Of a stretch of 64,000 bases of DNA, positions 1-10,187 are shown piece after piece. The position numbers and the translations under genes are program-made. The stretch is from Candidatus Cloacimonadales bacterium (GTDB lineage Bacteria > Cloacimonadota > Cloacimonadia > Cloacimonadales > JAFGVF01): the NCBI GenBank assembly GCA_963677495.2, contig CAXXOU010000004.1, positions 288,001-352,000 of the forward strand, in the 5' to 3' direction. The notes beneath the pieces are model-generated. The model was not told where the DNA came from. It searched no databases and worked only from the letters and a program-made list of their open reading frames with translations. Each line of letters starts with the position of its first letter. Position 1 is the first letter of the stretch.

Positions 1-1
1 T

Positions 2-3000
2 CAACCTGTCCAACAAAGCTTCACTATTGATGTTACTAATACTAATGACGCACCTGTATTCACTTCTGTTCCGGTAACAACCGCAACGGAAGGATTCGTT
101 TATACATACAACATTACAGTAAATGATGTTGATGATGGTGCTGTAATAACAATCATGGATGTAGTAAAACCTCTTTGGTTAACATTCACAGACAATGGTG
201 ATGGTACTGCAGTATTAACTGGTACTCCTGATGGTACTGCTCTTGGCTCAGATAATGTAATACTTTCTGCAACTGATGGCATTATTGCTACTCCTGTTGA
301 GCAGAACTTCAACATTACGGTTGATGCCTTTAATTATCCACCACTATTCACATCCAACCCTATTACTTCAGCTACAGAAGATATACTGTATAGTTATAAT
401 ATTACTGCTTCAGACCCGAATACTTGGGCAGTATTGGATATAAATGCTACAGTACTACCAGCTTGGTTAACATTCATTGACAACAATGATGGAACAGCTT
501 CCCTGAGTGGAACACCTGATGATCCTGATGTAGGACAACACAATGTAACTCTTACTTTAACAGACAATCAGATTGCGAATCCAATAGAGCAGAACTTCAT
601 TATAACTGTTAACCAAGTCAATGACACTCCTGCCTTCTCTGTGTTCCCTACAGATATAACTATAAACGAGTTAGAGCTTTATCAGTTTGATGTTGTTGCA
701 ACTGACCCTGATAATCCTAACTTAAGCCTTAGTGCTATATCAATTCCAACATGGTTATCCTTCGTAGATAATGGTGACAATACAGGGCACTTAGAAGGAA
801 CACCTGATGGTAATGAAATTGGAAACCACACAGTTACTCTAAGAGTAGATGATGGTGTTGGTGGTGTTTTTGATAGAAGCTTCACTATTACAGTGAACCA
901 ATTCAACTATTCACCAACATTCACCAGCTCACCTGTTGTTACAGTTTTACAAGATAACAACTATATTTATAATGTTGTCACTGAAGACCCAAACACATGG
1001 GCAACAATTGTTATAACATCACCGATTCTTCCTGCATGGTTGACATTCACTGATAACGGTGATGGTACTGCAACTCTTACAGGAACACCTGGTAATGCTG
1101 AAGTAGGATTCCATAACGTAACTCTAAGAGTTGATGACACAGTATCTGTCCCTATTGATCAAGTCTTTACTATAGAAGTAATTAATGTTAATGATGGACC
1201 AGTTGTTAGTGTTCCACTTCCTGATCAGAATGTTCAAGAAGACTTCACTAACGCGATTATCATCAACCTTGATCAACATTTCACAGACATTGATGGTAAT
1301 AACCTTATATATAGTATAGTACATGTTGCCTCTGAGATTGATGCTGAAATAGTTGGGAATACACTTACATTAAACTCAGTACTTAACTGGAATGGTACAA
1401 CTACAATCCAAGTTACTGCAGATGACCAACAAACAAGAGCTTCTGTTAGTGATACATTCGATGTAATCATAGCTCCGGTAAATGATGCACTTGTTTTCAC
1501 AACTACAAATGACACACTTGCAATTGTTGGTAACAACTATGTGTACACAGCTGTAGTTCAGGATCCTGATGTAACTGATGTTATCAGTTTCAACCCAATC
1601 GGACTTCCTGCCTGGTTAAACTTCACAGACAATACTGATAGAACTGCCACAATCGATGGTAATCCTCAAAGTAGTGATTATGGAGTATATGACTTTGTAC
1701 TTGAAGCAACAGACGGCACATCAACTACACAGCAAAATATTCATATAAGAGTGCATGAGGATAATGTTTCTCCTGTATTTACATCTACACCAGTTCTTAC
1801 AGTTAATCAAGATGATTTATATCAATATAACATTACAACAACAGATGCTAATGCTTGGGCTAACCTTGACATCTACGCTCAGACAATGCCATTGTGGCTT
1901 ACTCTAACAGATAATGATGATGGTACTGCAGTTCTTAGTGGAACTCCTACTAATAGCGAAGTCGGCTCTCATCAACTAGAAATAGCTGTTTCTGATGGTG
2001 TGGCTACACCGGTTGTACAGAGTTTCACTGTTATCGTAAATAATGTTAATGATGGGCCTACTGTATCAACTCCTTTACCGGACTTAGTTGAGGTAGAGGA
2101 TTTTGAAACACCAATCGTAATTGATTTAAACCAACACTTCAATGATATCGACGGTAACACACTTCTTTATAGCGACACTAGTGTTGCTACTGAAATAGGT
2201 GTAAGTATAAATGCTAATTTAATGACAATCACTTCAGTTGCTGATTGGAATGGTACTACAACTATTCTTGTAACTGCGGATGACCAACAATCAAGAGCAT
2301 CGGTTAGTGATGCGTTTGACCTGGTAATCAATCCGGTTAACGATATTCCGGTTGTTACATCAGTAAATGACACTCTAGCCACAGTTGGAACTAACTATAC
2401 ATATACTATAGTAGTTCAAGACCCTGATACTCCTGATACTATTACTTTCACTCCTGTTAACCTTCCATCATGGTTATCTATAGTAGATAATTTAGATAGA
2501 ACTGCAACATTATCCGGTACACCACAAAGTAGTGAATATGGAGTCTATGACTTCTCAATCAATGTTAGTGATGCTACTGAAACAGTTCAGCATGATATTT
2601 ACATTAGAGTACATGAAGACAACTATGCACCTGTCTTTACTTCTACCGAAGTAACTTCTGTGAATGAAGACACACAATACAGTTACAATATCACAACATC
2701 AGATGCTAATGCATGGGCCACTCTGACCATAAACGGGCAGTTAGTACCGACCTGGTTAACATTTACCGATAATGGTGATGGAACTGCAAGCTTAGTTGGT
2801 ACTCCAACAAACAATGAAGTTGGACAACACAATGTTGAGTTAACTGTTTCGGATGGAATTGCAGCAGCTGTACAGCAATTCTTCGTAATAGACGTAATCA
2901 ATGTAAATGATGATCCACAACTAGTCACTGCTATTAGTGATATGGTAGAGGATGAAGACTTTGCAGACATATCCTTTGATTTAGCACCACATTTCAATGA

Positions 3001-5992
3001 CCCTGATAGTGATGCATTGATATATAATGCATCTGTTCAAAGTGGCCAAGTCAATACAGTTGTAAATGGCTCAACTCTTTCAATTGAGTCAATATCTGAC
3101 TGGTTTGGCACTGCAACAATCAACGTTACAGCAGATGATCAAATATCACCAAACCTCGCAACTGATACATTTGACATAGTTGTGAATCCGATTAATGACC
3201 TTCCGTTCTTTGTAACACTTGTTGATACGCTTGCTAATGTAGGAGATCTTTACTCATACACTGCAACTGTTCAAGACAATGATACAGCAGATAACATTGC
3301 TTTCTCAATTATTGGTACAGTTCCGGCATGGTTAACTTTCACTGATAATACTGATAGAACAGCAAGCTTTGAAGGTACACCTGCAAGTATCGATTATGGT
3401 GTTTATGACTTTACTCTAGAAGCTACAGATGGAACTGAAGTTATTTATCAGGATATTCATATAAGAGTTCATGAAGACAACTATCTTCCTGTATTTTTAT
3501 CTACTCCTGTAACAGATGCTACTGAAGATGTGGAATATACATACAATGTTGAAGTTACTGACCAGAATGCCTGGAACACTATTACACTTGATGCAACTGC
3601 TCCGGCATGGTTAACATTTACCGATAATGGTATGGGAATGGGGACACTGACAGGAACACCAGACAACAGTCATGTCGGTACTTGGGCTGTTACTTTGACA
3701 GCCTACGACGGAATTATCGAAGTATTAGTTTTACAGGAGTTCCAGATCACAGTCGAAAATGTGAATGATGCCCCATATGCGTATGCTATATTTGACCCTG
3801 TAAATGAGGTTGAAGACTATGCAACTCCATTAACATATGATTTAAACAACTATATTAGAGATGACGATGCCGGTGATGTTATCACGTTCTCAGCAGCAAT
3901 GTCTAATACTCCAGCAATCATACAACCATCAGTTGAAGGTAGTATTCTGACTCTTACAGCAGTAAACAATGCTTGCGGAGTTGACACATTGATTATCAGT
4001 GCTACTGATGACGATGCTGCAACTGGAAAAGGCAGAGACACTATCTCTATAGAAGTAATCGTTACTATTGATGCGGTTAACGATGAGCCGTTTGTATCAT
4101 TAGAAATTGAAGACTTTGAAATGGATGAAAACACAATCGATTCACATATTAATCTTACAAACCATTTTGATGATGCTGACATCATCTACGGTGGTTCATT
4201 ACAGTTCGATCCTAGTGATCCTGACAATATGTCAGTTTCATTATCCGGTACTACTCTAGTTATTGAGCCATTGATGGATTGGTATGGAACTGAATCTATA
4301 ACAGTCACAGCTATTGATGAGTTTAATGAAGAAGTATCTGACACATTCGATGTAACAGTACTCAACGTTTCAGATGTTCCGGTTATTCAACCAATTGATA
4401 ATCAATTCATACTTAATAGTCAAACTGATACATTCGAATATCAGGTTGAGTTCTATGCATATCCTGATATTGCCTTCACACTTGAAGGAGCTCCTCAGGG
4501 AATGCAAGTTGATGCTCAAGGTATGATTAGCTGGACTCCAAACTTCGCTCAGTATGGATTACATACTATCACAGTTAATGGGCAAAACGTTGCTGGTCAG
4601 GATAGTAAGACATTTGAACTAAGAGTGATCAATGAGATTTACGGTCCTACCGAGTTACGGGTTAATACATTCACTACTGATACAATCAACTTGCAATGGG
4701 CTGTTCCTCCAACTGATGCTTGGATAACAGGCTATAGAGTTTATACATCTGATTCTTATGATGGTATTTACTCAGAGTTGGTTGATGTAACTATGGAAGA
4801 GACAAGTTATGAGTATGCTGCTCCTTCTGAAAGCCAGACTATCTTCTACAGAGTTACAGCTCTTATTGATGGTGAAGTATGGCAGGGAGAAACTGCTGTT
4901 TCAAATACTGTTAGTACTCATATCTTAGAAAACGGCGAAGACTTCATAGCACATGATGATGGTACACAGGAAGGTGCTATAACAATGGACCCGGATACTC
5001 AACTTGCAGTTAGCTATATGCTTATGCACAGATCTGAGTTCCTTCTCACAAAGGTAGCAATATTTGTTACTGATTTATCAACTGATGATTTGATTGTAGA
5101 ATTCTCAGATGAAGGTCCATTGCCGGATAATGAGGTTACGGGTATGACTGCAACTTATCCTGCTTCTCAAATCAATCTCGGTTGGAACTTCCTTACCTTA
5201 CCTGAAAACGCAAGGCCATCATTTACAGGTGATTTATTCTTTATTAGAATCTTAGGAACTCCAGACCCATGGGGTATCGGTTTGGATAGTGACACTATTG
5301 GTGACACTTTTAGAAAAACAGCCGGTGTTTGGAATCCACTTTTAACAGGTAACTCAATGGTTAGAGCTATCGTGAAACAGCTTGATGCTATCATAGGACT
5401 GAGTGAAGTTACACACGACTTTGGTCTAGTTTATACAGATGACCACTCAGCTCCATATGACATAACAGTTTCCAATAGTGGTAATAAAACGTTAGAGATT
5501 CAATCAATCAACGCTCCACCTGGTTTCGAGGTCAGGATGTCAGGAGATACTGATTGGGTATCTACTCTTAACAATGTTGATATAGCTGCCGGATTATCCT
5601 CTGACCTTCAGATTAGATTTGTTCCGACAGACGATATGACCTACAGCGGAAACGTAGAGATTGCTTCTAATGATGATGTTACTCCAAGCGTCAATATCGC
5701 TGTAAATGGATATTCTCATCAGTCAGAACCAAATGCATTCACCCCTAATGGTGACGGCAAAAACGATATCTTCAAATTTAAGGTTATCTCAGATAACGTA
5801 CAGAGTGTAAAAATGACAATATACAATCTTAAAGGTCGCAAAATATACGATGTCTCCGGTCAATCAAGCCAACCATTAACTTGGGATGGTAATAACGATG
5901 ATGGTGACGAGTGTAAGAGTGGACCGTATCTCTACGTAGTAGAACGAGCGGGGAAACGATACAAACGCGGCAAGATTTACTTGGTGAAGTAG
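2..5992 (+). CDS. Giant secreted Ig/cadherin-like repeat protein with gliding-motility-type (type B) C-terminal domain; 5' truncated by window edge
   Basis: Frame is open from base 2, upstream of the ORF-track start at 155. Many ~95-aa repeats (PxWLTFTDNGDGTAxLxGTP; NVNDxP), an FN3-like segment, and C-terminal PNAFTPNGDGKND...IYNLKG...WDG...GxYLY. Confidence 0.85.
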   Translation, partial: QPVQQSFTIDVTNTNDAPVFTSVPVTTATEGFVYTYNITVNDVDDGAVITIMDVVKPLWLTFTDNGDGTAVLTGTPDGTALGSDNVILSATDGIIATPVEQNFNITVDAFNYPPLFTSNPITSATEDILYSYNITASDPNTWAVLDINATVLPAWLTFIDNNDGTASLSGTPDDPDVGQHNVTLTLTDNQIANPIEQNFIITVNQVNDTPAFSVFPTDITINELELYQFDVVATDPDNPNLSLSAISIPTWLSFVDNGDNTGHLEGTPDGNEIGNHTVTLRVDDGVGGVFDRSFTITVNQFNYSPTFTSSPVVTVLQDNNYIYNVVTEDPNTWATIVITSPILPAWLTFTDNGDGTATLTGTPGNAEVGFHNVTLRVDDTVSVPIDQVFTIEVINVNDGPVVSVPLPDQNVQEDFTNAIIINLDQHFTDIDGNNLIYSIVHVASEIDAEIVGNTLTLNSVLNWNGTTTIQVTADDQQTRASVSDTFDVIIAPVNDALVFTTTNDTLAIVGNNYVYTAVVQDPDVTDVISFNPIGLPAWLNFTDNTDRTATIDGNPQSSDYGVYDFVLEATDGTSTTQQNIHIRVHEDNVSPVFTSTPVLTVNQDDLYQYNITTTDANAWANLDIYAQTMPLWLTLTDNDDGTAVLSGTPTNSEVGSHQLEIAVSDGVATPVVQSFTVIVNNVNDGPTVSTPLPDLVEVEDFETPIVIDLNQHFNDIDGNTLLYSDTSVATEIGVSINANLMTITSVADWNGTTTILVTADDQQSRASVSDAFDLVINPVNDIPVVTSVNDTLATVGTNYTYTIVVQDPDTPDTITFTPVNLPSWLSIVDNLDRTATLSGTPQSSEYGVYDFSINVSDATETVQHDIYIRVHEDNYAPVFTSTEVTSVNEDTQYSYNITTSDANAWATLTINGQLVPTWLTFTDNGDGTASLVGTPTNNEVGQHNVELTVSDGIAAAVQQFFVIDVINVNDDPQLVTAISDMVEDEDFADISFDLAPHFNDPDSDALIYNASVQSGQVNTVVNGSTLSIESISDWFGTATINVTADDQISPNLATDTFDIVVNPINDLPFFVTLVDTLANVGDLYSYTATVQDNDTADNIAFSIIGTVPAWLTFTDNTDRTASFEGTPASIDYGVYDFTLEATDGTEVIYQDIHIRVHEDNYLPVFLSTPVTDATEDVEYTYNVEVTDQNAWNTITLDATAPAWLTFTDNGMGMGTLTGTPDNSHVGTWAVTLTAYDGIIEVLVLQEFQITVENVNDAPYAYAIFDPVNEVEDYATPLTYDLNNYIRDDDAGDVITFSAAMSNTPAIIQPSVEGSILTLTAVNNACGVDTLIISATDDDAATGKGRDTISIEVIVTIDAVNDEPFVSLEIEDFEMDENTIDSHINLTNHFDDADIIYGGSLQFDPSDPDNMSVSLSGTTLVIEPLMDWYGTESITVTAIDEFNEEVSDTFDVTVLNVSDVPVIQPIDNQFILNSQTDTFEYQVEFYAYPDIAFTLEGAPQGMQVDAQGMISWTPNFAQYGLHTITVNGQNVAGQDSKTFELRVINEIYGPTELRVNTFTTDTINLQWAVPPTDAWITGYRVYTSDSYDGIYSELVDVTMEETSYEYAAPSESQTIFYRVTALIDGEVWQGETAVSNTVSTHILENGEDFIAHDDGTQEGAITMDPDTQLAVSYMLMHRSEFLLTKVAIFVTDLSTDDLIVEFSDEGPLPDNEVTGMTATYPASQINLGWNFLTLPENARPSFTGDLFFIRILGTPDPWGIGLDSDTIGDTFRKTAGVWNPLLTGNSMVRAIVKQLDAIIGLSEVTHDFGLVYTDDHSAPYDITVSNSGNKTLEIQSINAPPGFEVRMSGDTDWVSTLNNVDIAAGLSSDLQIRFVPTDDMTYSGNVEIASNDDVTPSVNIAVNGYSHQSEPNAFTPNGDGKNDIFKFKVISDNVQSVKMTIYNLKGRKIYDVSGQSSQPLTWDGNNDDGDECKSGPYLYVVERAGKRYKRGKIYLVK

Positions 5993-6001
5993 GAGGTGAA
6001 C

Positions 6002-7576
6002 ATGAAAAAGATAATATTAATAACTGTTCTGGTTGCTACTTCTGTTCTTGCTATGGCATTTGATAATTATGTTCCTGCTCAAGAGATGTTTGGGAAATAC
6101 TTCAAATTCTCAACCTTCTACAACAAAGAGTATCAGGAATTCGATGATGGTTTTGATAACTTCGGATTGATGATTGCAAAACCTCATATATATGGTAACT
6201 TTGGTCTCGAACTCGATGCTACCACAAAGATGGATGATGTCTATCGTGAGACATTCGGTAACCTTTCTTTAGGGTTCAACTTCAGGAAGAGATTTGCTTT
6301 AGCTCTCTCTGGTGGTTTCGTTAACAGAGCTTATGATACTTCAGGTATGATTTTCAATGAAGAAGAAACAATAGCTGATGAGAGTGTTTTCCAGCCAACA
6401 GTAGGTGCTAGTTTCCATACTACACTTATTAAAGATAAGTTAGAGTTTGGTGGTGCAGGTTATTATCTGAACCAACCGGATATCTCTATGAACAATGGTG
6501 AAGATAAGCTTCCTATTATGGCAGAATCATACATAAAGTGGGATATAAACAAACACTTTGATCTTGGTGCAAGTTATCAGTTCGAAGATGAAGAGCACTA
6601 CTTCGGTCTTGATTTTGCTTTTAGCATTCCTGCTCCATGGTTCTCAGTAAAAACTTCTGTTTCTCAAGAGAAGATATCAGTGATGCCTTCATTCCATACT
6701 TTCAACTATTGGACCTTTGACGTGAAGTATGATTACTTCCTGGAAGAGGAGCTTGTGGGAACAAACTATGGTGTTCAGGCAACTTTCGAGCTTGTTAAGG
6801 AATATCCTGTTATTGCAATATATAATGAATTTGAAGGTGTTGAAGTACTTGATACAGAAGTTGATTCTATTCATGTTGATTTTGGTGTTGAAGATGCAGA
6901 CAGACTTTATTTCATTAAAGCTAACTTGAATGATGAAACTCAGCTTCTTACTGCCAAGTTGCATGAATATAGTAAAAAGAACTTCTCATTACCTCTTAAG
7001 TTGAAAGAGGGAAAAAATGTCTTCGACATCTCTACAAGAGCTGTTAATGGAAAACCAATTCACAAGCAACTTGTCGTGAACTATGAGATCCCAAAATGGA
7101 TTGCTGAAGTTGATACTGTGAAAGCTGATACTGTGAAAGTAGTAGAACCAGCTAATCCACCGGTTGAAGAACCAATCGAAGAAACAGTTGAAGAGGTAGA
7201 ACCAATTGTTGAGGAAGTTGAAGAGGTTGAACTCGTAGATAAATATGTTGTTAAACCTGGTGATTCTCTTTGGAAGATTGCAGCTTTACCTCAGGTATTT
7301 GATAATCCTCTCAAGTGGAGACAAATATATGAGCTTAACCGTGATAAGATTAGCGACCCTAACCTTATCTATCCTGAGCAGGTTCTTAGAATCAGAAGAC
7401 TGTTTAACGGCCTTTATCAGGTTAAAACAGGTGACACTCTTTGGGGTATCGCTAAACAAAAAGAGATATACGATAATCCTCACATGTGGAAACGTATATA
7501 TGAACTGAATAAAGATAAGATTAAGAACCCTGACCTTATTTATCCAAACCAACGCTTCAGAGTTTGGGAAGATTAG
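6002..7576 (+). CDS. PorP/SprF-like outer-membrane protein fused to two C-terminal LysM domains
   Basis: AGGAGG RBS overlapping the upstream stop, ATG at 6002, signal peptide. Beta-barrel-like region with 'YYLNQPDISM...DKLP', acidic linker, two LysM repeats (YVVKPGDSLWKIA; YQVKTGDTLWGIA). LysM call is firm; PorP call is inferred. Confidence 0.7.
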   Translation: MKKIILITVLVATSVLAMAFDNYVPAQEMFGKYFKFSTFYNKEYQEFDDGFDNFGLMIAKPHIYGNFGLELDATTKMDDVYRETFGNLSLGFNFRKRFALALSGGFVNRAYDTSGMIFNEEETIADESVFQPTVGASFHTTLIKDKLEFGGAGYYLNQPDISMNNGEDKLPIMAESYIKWDINKHFDLGASYQFEDEEHYFGLDFAFSIPAPWFSVKTSVSQEKISVMPSFHTFNYWTFDVKYDYFLEEELVGTNYGVQATFELVKEYPVIAIYNEFEGVEVLDTEVDSIHVDFGVEDADRLYFIKANLNDETQLLTAKLHEYSKKNFSLPLKLKEGKNVFDISTRAVNGKPIHKQLVVNYEIPKWIAEVDTVKADTVKVVEPANPPVEEPIEETVEEVEPIVEEVEEVELVDKYVVKPGDSLWKIAALPQVFDNPLKWRQIYELNRDKISDPNLIYPEQVLRIRRLFNGLYQVKTGDTLWGIAKQKEIYDNPHMWKRIYELNKDKIKNPDLIYPNQRFRVWED

Positions 7577-7595
7577 GAATAACATCTAGTATATT

Positions 7596-7622
7596 AAGGC
7601 TACCGGAAACGGTAGCCTTTTT
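7596..7622 (+). terminator. Rho-independent terminator
   Basis: AAGGCTACCG-GAAA-CGGTAGCCTT followed by a T run. Confidence 0.85.
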
Positions 7623-7644
7623 CATTTATGGAGTTAACTTTTTC

Positions 7645-7669
7645 ATGGAGTTAACCGACTGCGTCGGTT
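7645..7669 (+). repeat. 25-bp direct repeat, left of CRISPR-Cas locus
   Basis: ATGGAGTTAACCGACTGCGTCGGTT, identical to 13565-13589; internal hairpin AACCGAC-TGC-GTCGGTT. Confidence 0.85.
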
Positions 7670-7753
7670 TGTCCTGTCACACAACTATGAAGCGAACCAT
7701 AAAGCGAACCAATAAACCTTCTAAATAGTCGTAGACCTTGAGAATGGTTGATC

Positions 7754-7802
7754 TTAACATTTTTAATCTTTCATCTTGCATTCAGCATTTTTCATTTTGC
7801 AT
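7754..7802. repeat. Degenerate heptamer tandem repeat
   Basis: TTAACAT TTTTAAT CTTTCAT CTTGCAT TCAGCAT TTTTCAT TTTGCAT. Confidence 0.5.
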
Positions 7803-7808
7803 TTCCCC

Positions 7809-8901
7809 ATTACAGCTTGACTCCAAAACCTATGAGTCTTTAATAAACAGATGACGATGTTCCTTTCCCTGAAAGTTACAGCTTGACTCCAAAACCTATG
7901 AGTCTTTAATCAGATGAGGAAGAAGTAATTGGAATTTTTCCGTTACAGCTTGACTCCAAAACCTATGAGTCTTTAATAAAATTATTTGGTTCAATATCTT
8001 CCGGAGTGTTACAGCTTGACTCCAAAACCTATGAGTCTTTAATAATCTAACTAATATTGAATCATACATGCTTGTTACAGCTTGACTCCAAAACCTATGA
8101 GTCTTTAATAACCGCTAAAAAATCCTCCTAGAGGTGTAAGTTACAGCTTGACTCCAAAACCTATGAGTCTTTAATAGGGCTCATCATATCACCATTACCA
8201 TCTCTGTTACAGCTTGACTCCAAAACCTATGAGTCTTTAATAGCACCGGTAATTGTAACACCTACATCTTCGTTACAGCTTGACTCCAAAACCTATGAGT
8301 CTTTAATAACGAGGAAGGATAAATGTCAGCACCATATGTTACAGCTTGACTCCAAAACCTATGAGTCTTTAATAAACGTTCTTGGAATGTCACAATGGAA
8401 AAGGTTACAGCTTGACTCCAAAACCTATGAGTCTTTAATCGACCCTGCAACTGCTGATAATTGGGTTGTGTTACAGCTTGACTCCAAAACCTATGAGTCT
8501 TTAATGGTGGTGCTGATTCTATCTATAGTGCATTAGTTACAGCTTGACTCCAAAACCTATGAGTCTTTAATCACTTCCACCATGCTTGTATTTTAGTGTA
8601 AGTTACAGCTTGACTCCAAAACCTATGAGTCTTTAATCTCAATGGAAAGCTGGTTGTTGTTCCTATCGTTACAGCTTGACTCCAAAACCTATGAGTCTTT
8701 AATATGATTGATGAGCATTATTCACAACCTAAAGTTACAGCTTGACTCCAAAACCTATGAGTCTTTAATCGCTGTCATGCTGTACATTATCCATTACTCG
8801 TTACAGCTTGACTCCAAAACCTATGAGTCTTTAATGCTTAATTGCAGACTTGCATTCAGATTCTAGTTACAGCTTGACTCCAAAACCTATGAGTCTTTAA
8901 T
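7809..8901 (+). CRISPR. Type II-C CRISPR array: 17 repeats of 36 bp, 16 spacers (fifteen of 30 bp, one of 31 bp)
   Basis: Repeat GTTACAGCTTGACTCCAAAACCTATGAGTCTTTAAT; the first copy (7809) has G1>A. crRNA strand assigned + from complementarity to the tracrRNA. Confidence 0.98.
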
Positions 8902-8908
8902 AGGCTTT

Positions 8909-8949
8909 GCGGAACCCACTGTTTTTCAGTGAGTTCCGCTATTATTTTA
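8909..8949. terminator. Hairpin between array and cas2; probable terminator
   Basis: GCGGAACCCACTG-TTTTT-CAGTGAGTTCCGC followed by TATTATTTT on the + strand. Confidence 0.6.
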
Positions 8950-9285
8950 TAGATCTTCCCAGATGATTTCAAGCTGTTCAGGGGGTAATTGAGGTCCGAT
9001 TTTCTCCGTATTTCTTATGTTTATTACAGAGCCAAATTGCTTATCAGTGAAAAAAAGGATAGAGATTTTACCTTTAAGGGGTGCTTTTTCGTCAAGCTTT
9101 TTTACCATCGATTGAACTTTATCACGAGAACCACAGAACCTAAGATATACAGAGAACTGGGACATTTCAAAACCATTATCAAGTAGAAACTTTCTGAACT
9201 TTGAAGCATTCCGTCTATCCTCACCGGAAGTTACAGGCAAATCAAATAATACCATCATCCACATAAGTCTATACCCACTCAGCAT
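8947..9285 (-). CDS. cas2: CRISPR-associated endonuclease Cas2
   Basis: MWMMVLFDLPV...FRKFLLDNGFEMSQFSVY...FTDKQF, type II Cas2 signature; adjacent to array. Confidence 0.95.
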   Translation of the reverse strand: MLSGYRLMWMMVLFDLPVTSGEDRRNASKFRKFLLDNGFEMSQFSVYLRFCGSRDKVQSMVKKLDEKAPLKGKISILFFTDKQFGSVINIRNTEKIGPQLPPEQLEIIWEDL

Positions 9286-10163
9286 TGTTCTAATTCCGGG
9301 AATATTAGAAGATTCTTCTTCTCACGATATGTCTTAACCAGTGAATCTATTGAGTTCTGAATGCAGTTATAGAGAGCCCAATGCTTATCACACATCTCCC
9401 CTGTATATTCCATAAATCCCAGAAGTTCTTTTTTCGTCTGTGGTGTAAGCTCGCTTTCATCATCAATACCCATCTTCATTATATGATAGTCTACATATGG
9501 ACGATACGGTTCCATCATATCATCAGCAAGGCACCACGGGTCGAGCCTGTTACAATGATGAATCCCAAGGCTCTGATGTAGTCCCGATGCTGCAATTGCT
9601 CTTACAACTGTACTTCTTAGAATCGCATACCCGAAGTTAAGGTAGGAGTTTATCCCGGGTTTATCAAAATTCCTTCTAAACTCCTTACCAAACAGATCTT
9701 TCCAATAGCGTGAAGCCATCTGACCTTCTACATTACTTACATCACCTGACTGTACTGTCCTGATACTTCTTAACAACACTTTGTCATCAATATCATAAGC
9801 TTTCAGAACAAGATATTGGTTCTTGATTTTCATGCGTATAATTGTCTGCCAAAGTCTATCATTGAAAGCTTTACTCGCAGATATTTGGTCATTTAATCTA
9901 CCTGAAAGGTCATAATTAACTTCCGTACCGGATAGAAAGCCACAAGGCATAAAGTTAGACCCACAGATTATCATAGGGATATTTCTACTACATAGTTCTA
10001 TAACCAGATTATGGCTATAACGAATCCCAAAACCTGAGACTATCAGGCACTCGAATGTATCGAATGCTCTTTTGACTATACATTCTCCATCAGACTTCCC
10101 AATCAAAAATCCTCGCTCTTTTGATATAGAAATGTTGTTTCTTGATATTTCAAGATAATTCAT
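9279..10163 (-). CDS. cas1: Type II CRISPR-associated Cas1
   Basis: NVEGQMASRYW, NSYLNFGYAILRS, GIHH, LADDMMEPYRPYVD motifs. Confidence 0.95.
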   Translation of the reverse strand: MNYLEISRNNISISKERGFLIGKSDGECIVKRAFDTFECLIVSGFGIRYSHNLVIELCSRNIPMIICGSNFMPCGFLSGTEVNYDLSGRLNDQISASKAFNDRLWQTIIRMKIKNQYLVLKAYDIDDKVLLRSIRTVQSGDVSNVEGQMASRYWKDLFGKEFRRNFDKPGINSYLNFGYAILRSTVVRAIAASGLHQSLGIHHCNRLDPWCLADDMMEPYRPYVDYHIMKMGIDDESELTPQTKKELLGFMEYTGEMCDKHWALYNCIQNSIDSLVKTYREKKNLLIFPELEQC

Positions 10164-10187
10164 TTTCCCTCCATCTCCTACTGAGGT

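Noticed and set aside
100..5394. Numerous minus-strand ORFs over the giant adhesin and other long genes
   Set aside because: Antisense or alternate-frame shadows produced by codon bias.
8262..8536. Short ORFs inside the CRISPR array
   Set aside because: Artefacts of the 66-bp repeat-spacer period.
8836..8865. Spacer 16 shares CTTGCATTCAG with 7775-7785 (self-targeting?)
   Set aside because: Only 11 nt match; not a protospacer.
8913..8924. AACCCACTGTTT in the array-cas2 hairpin also occurs in the CACTG element
   Set aside because: A 12-nt match with no flanking similarity is too short to claim a relationship.
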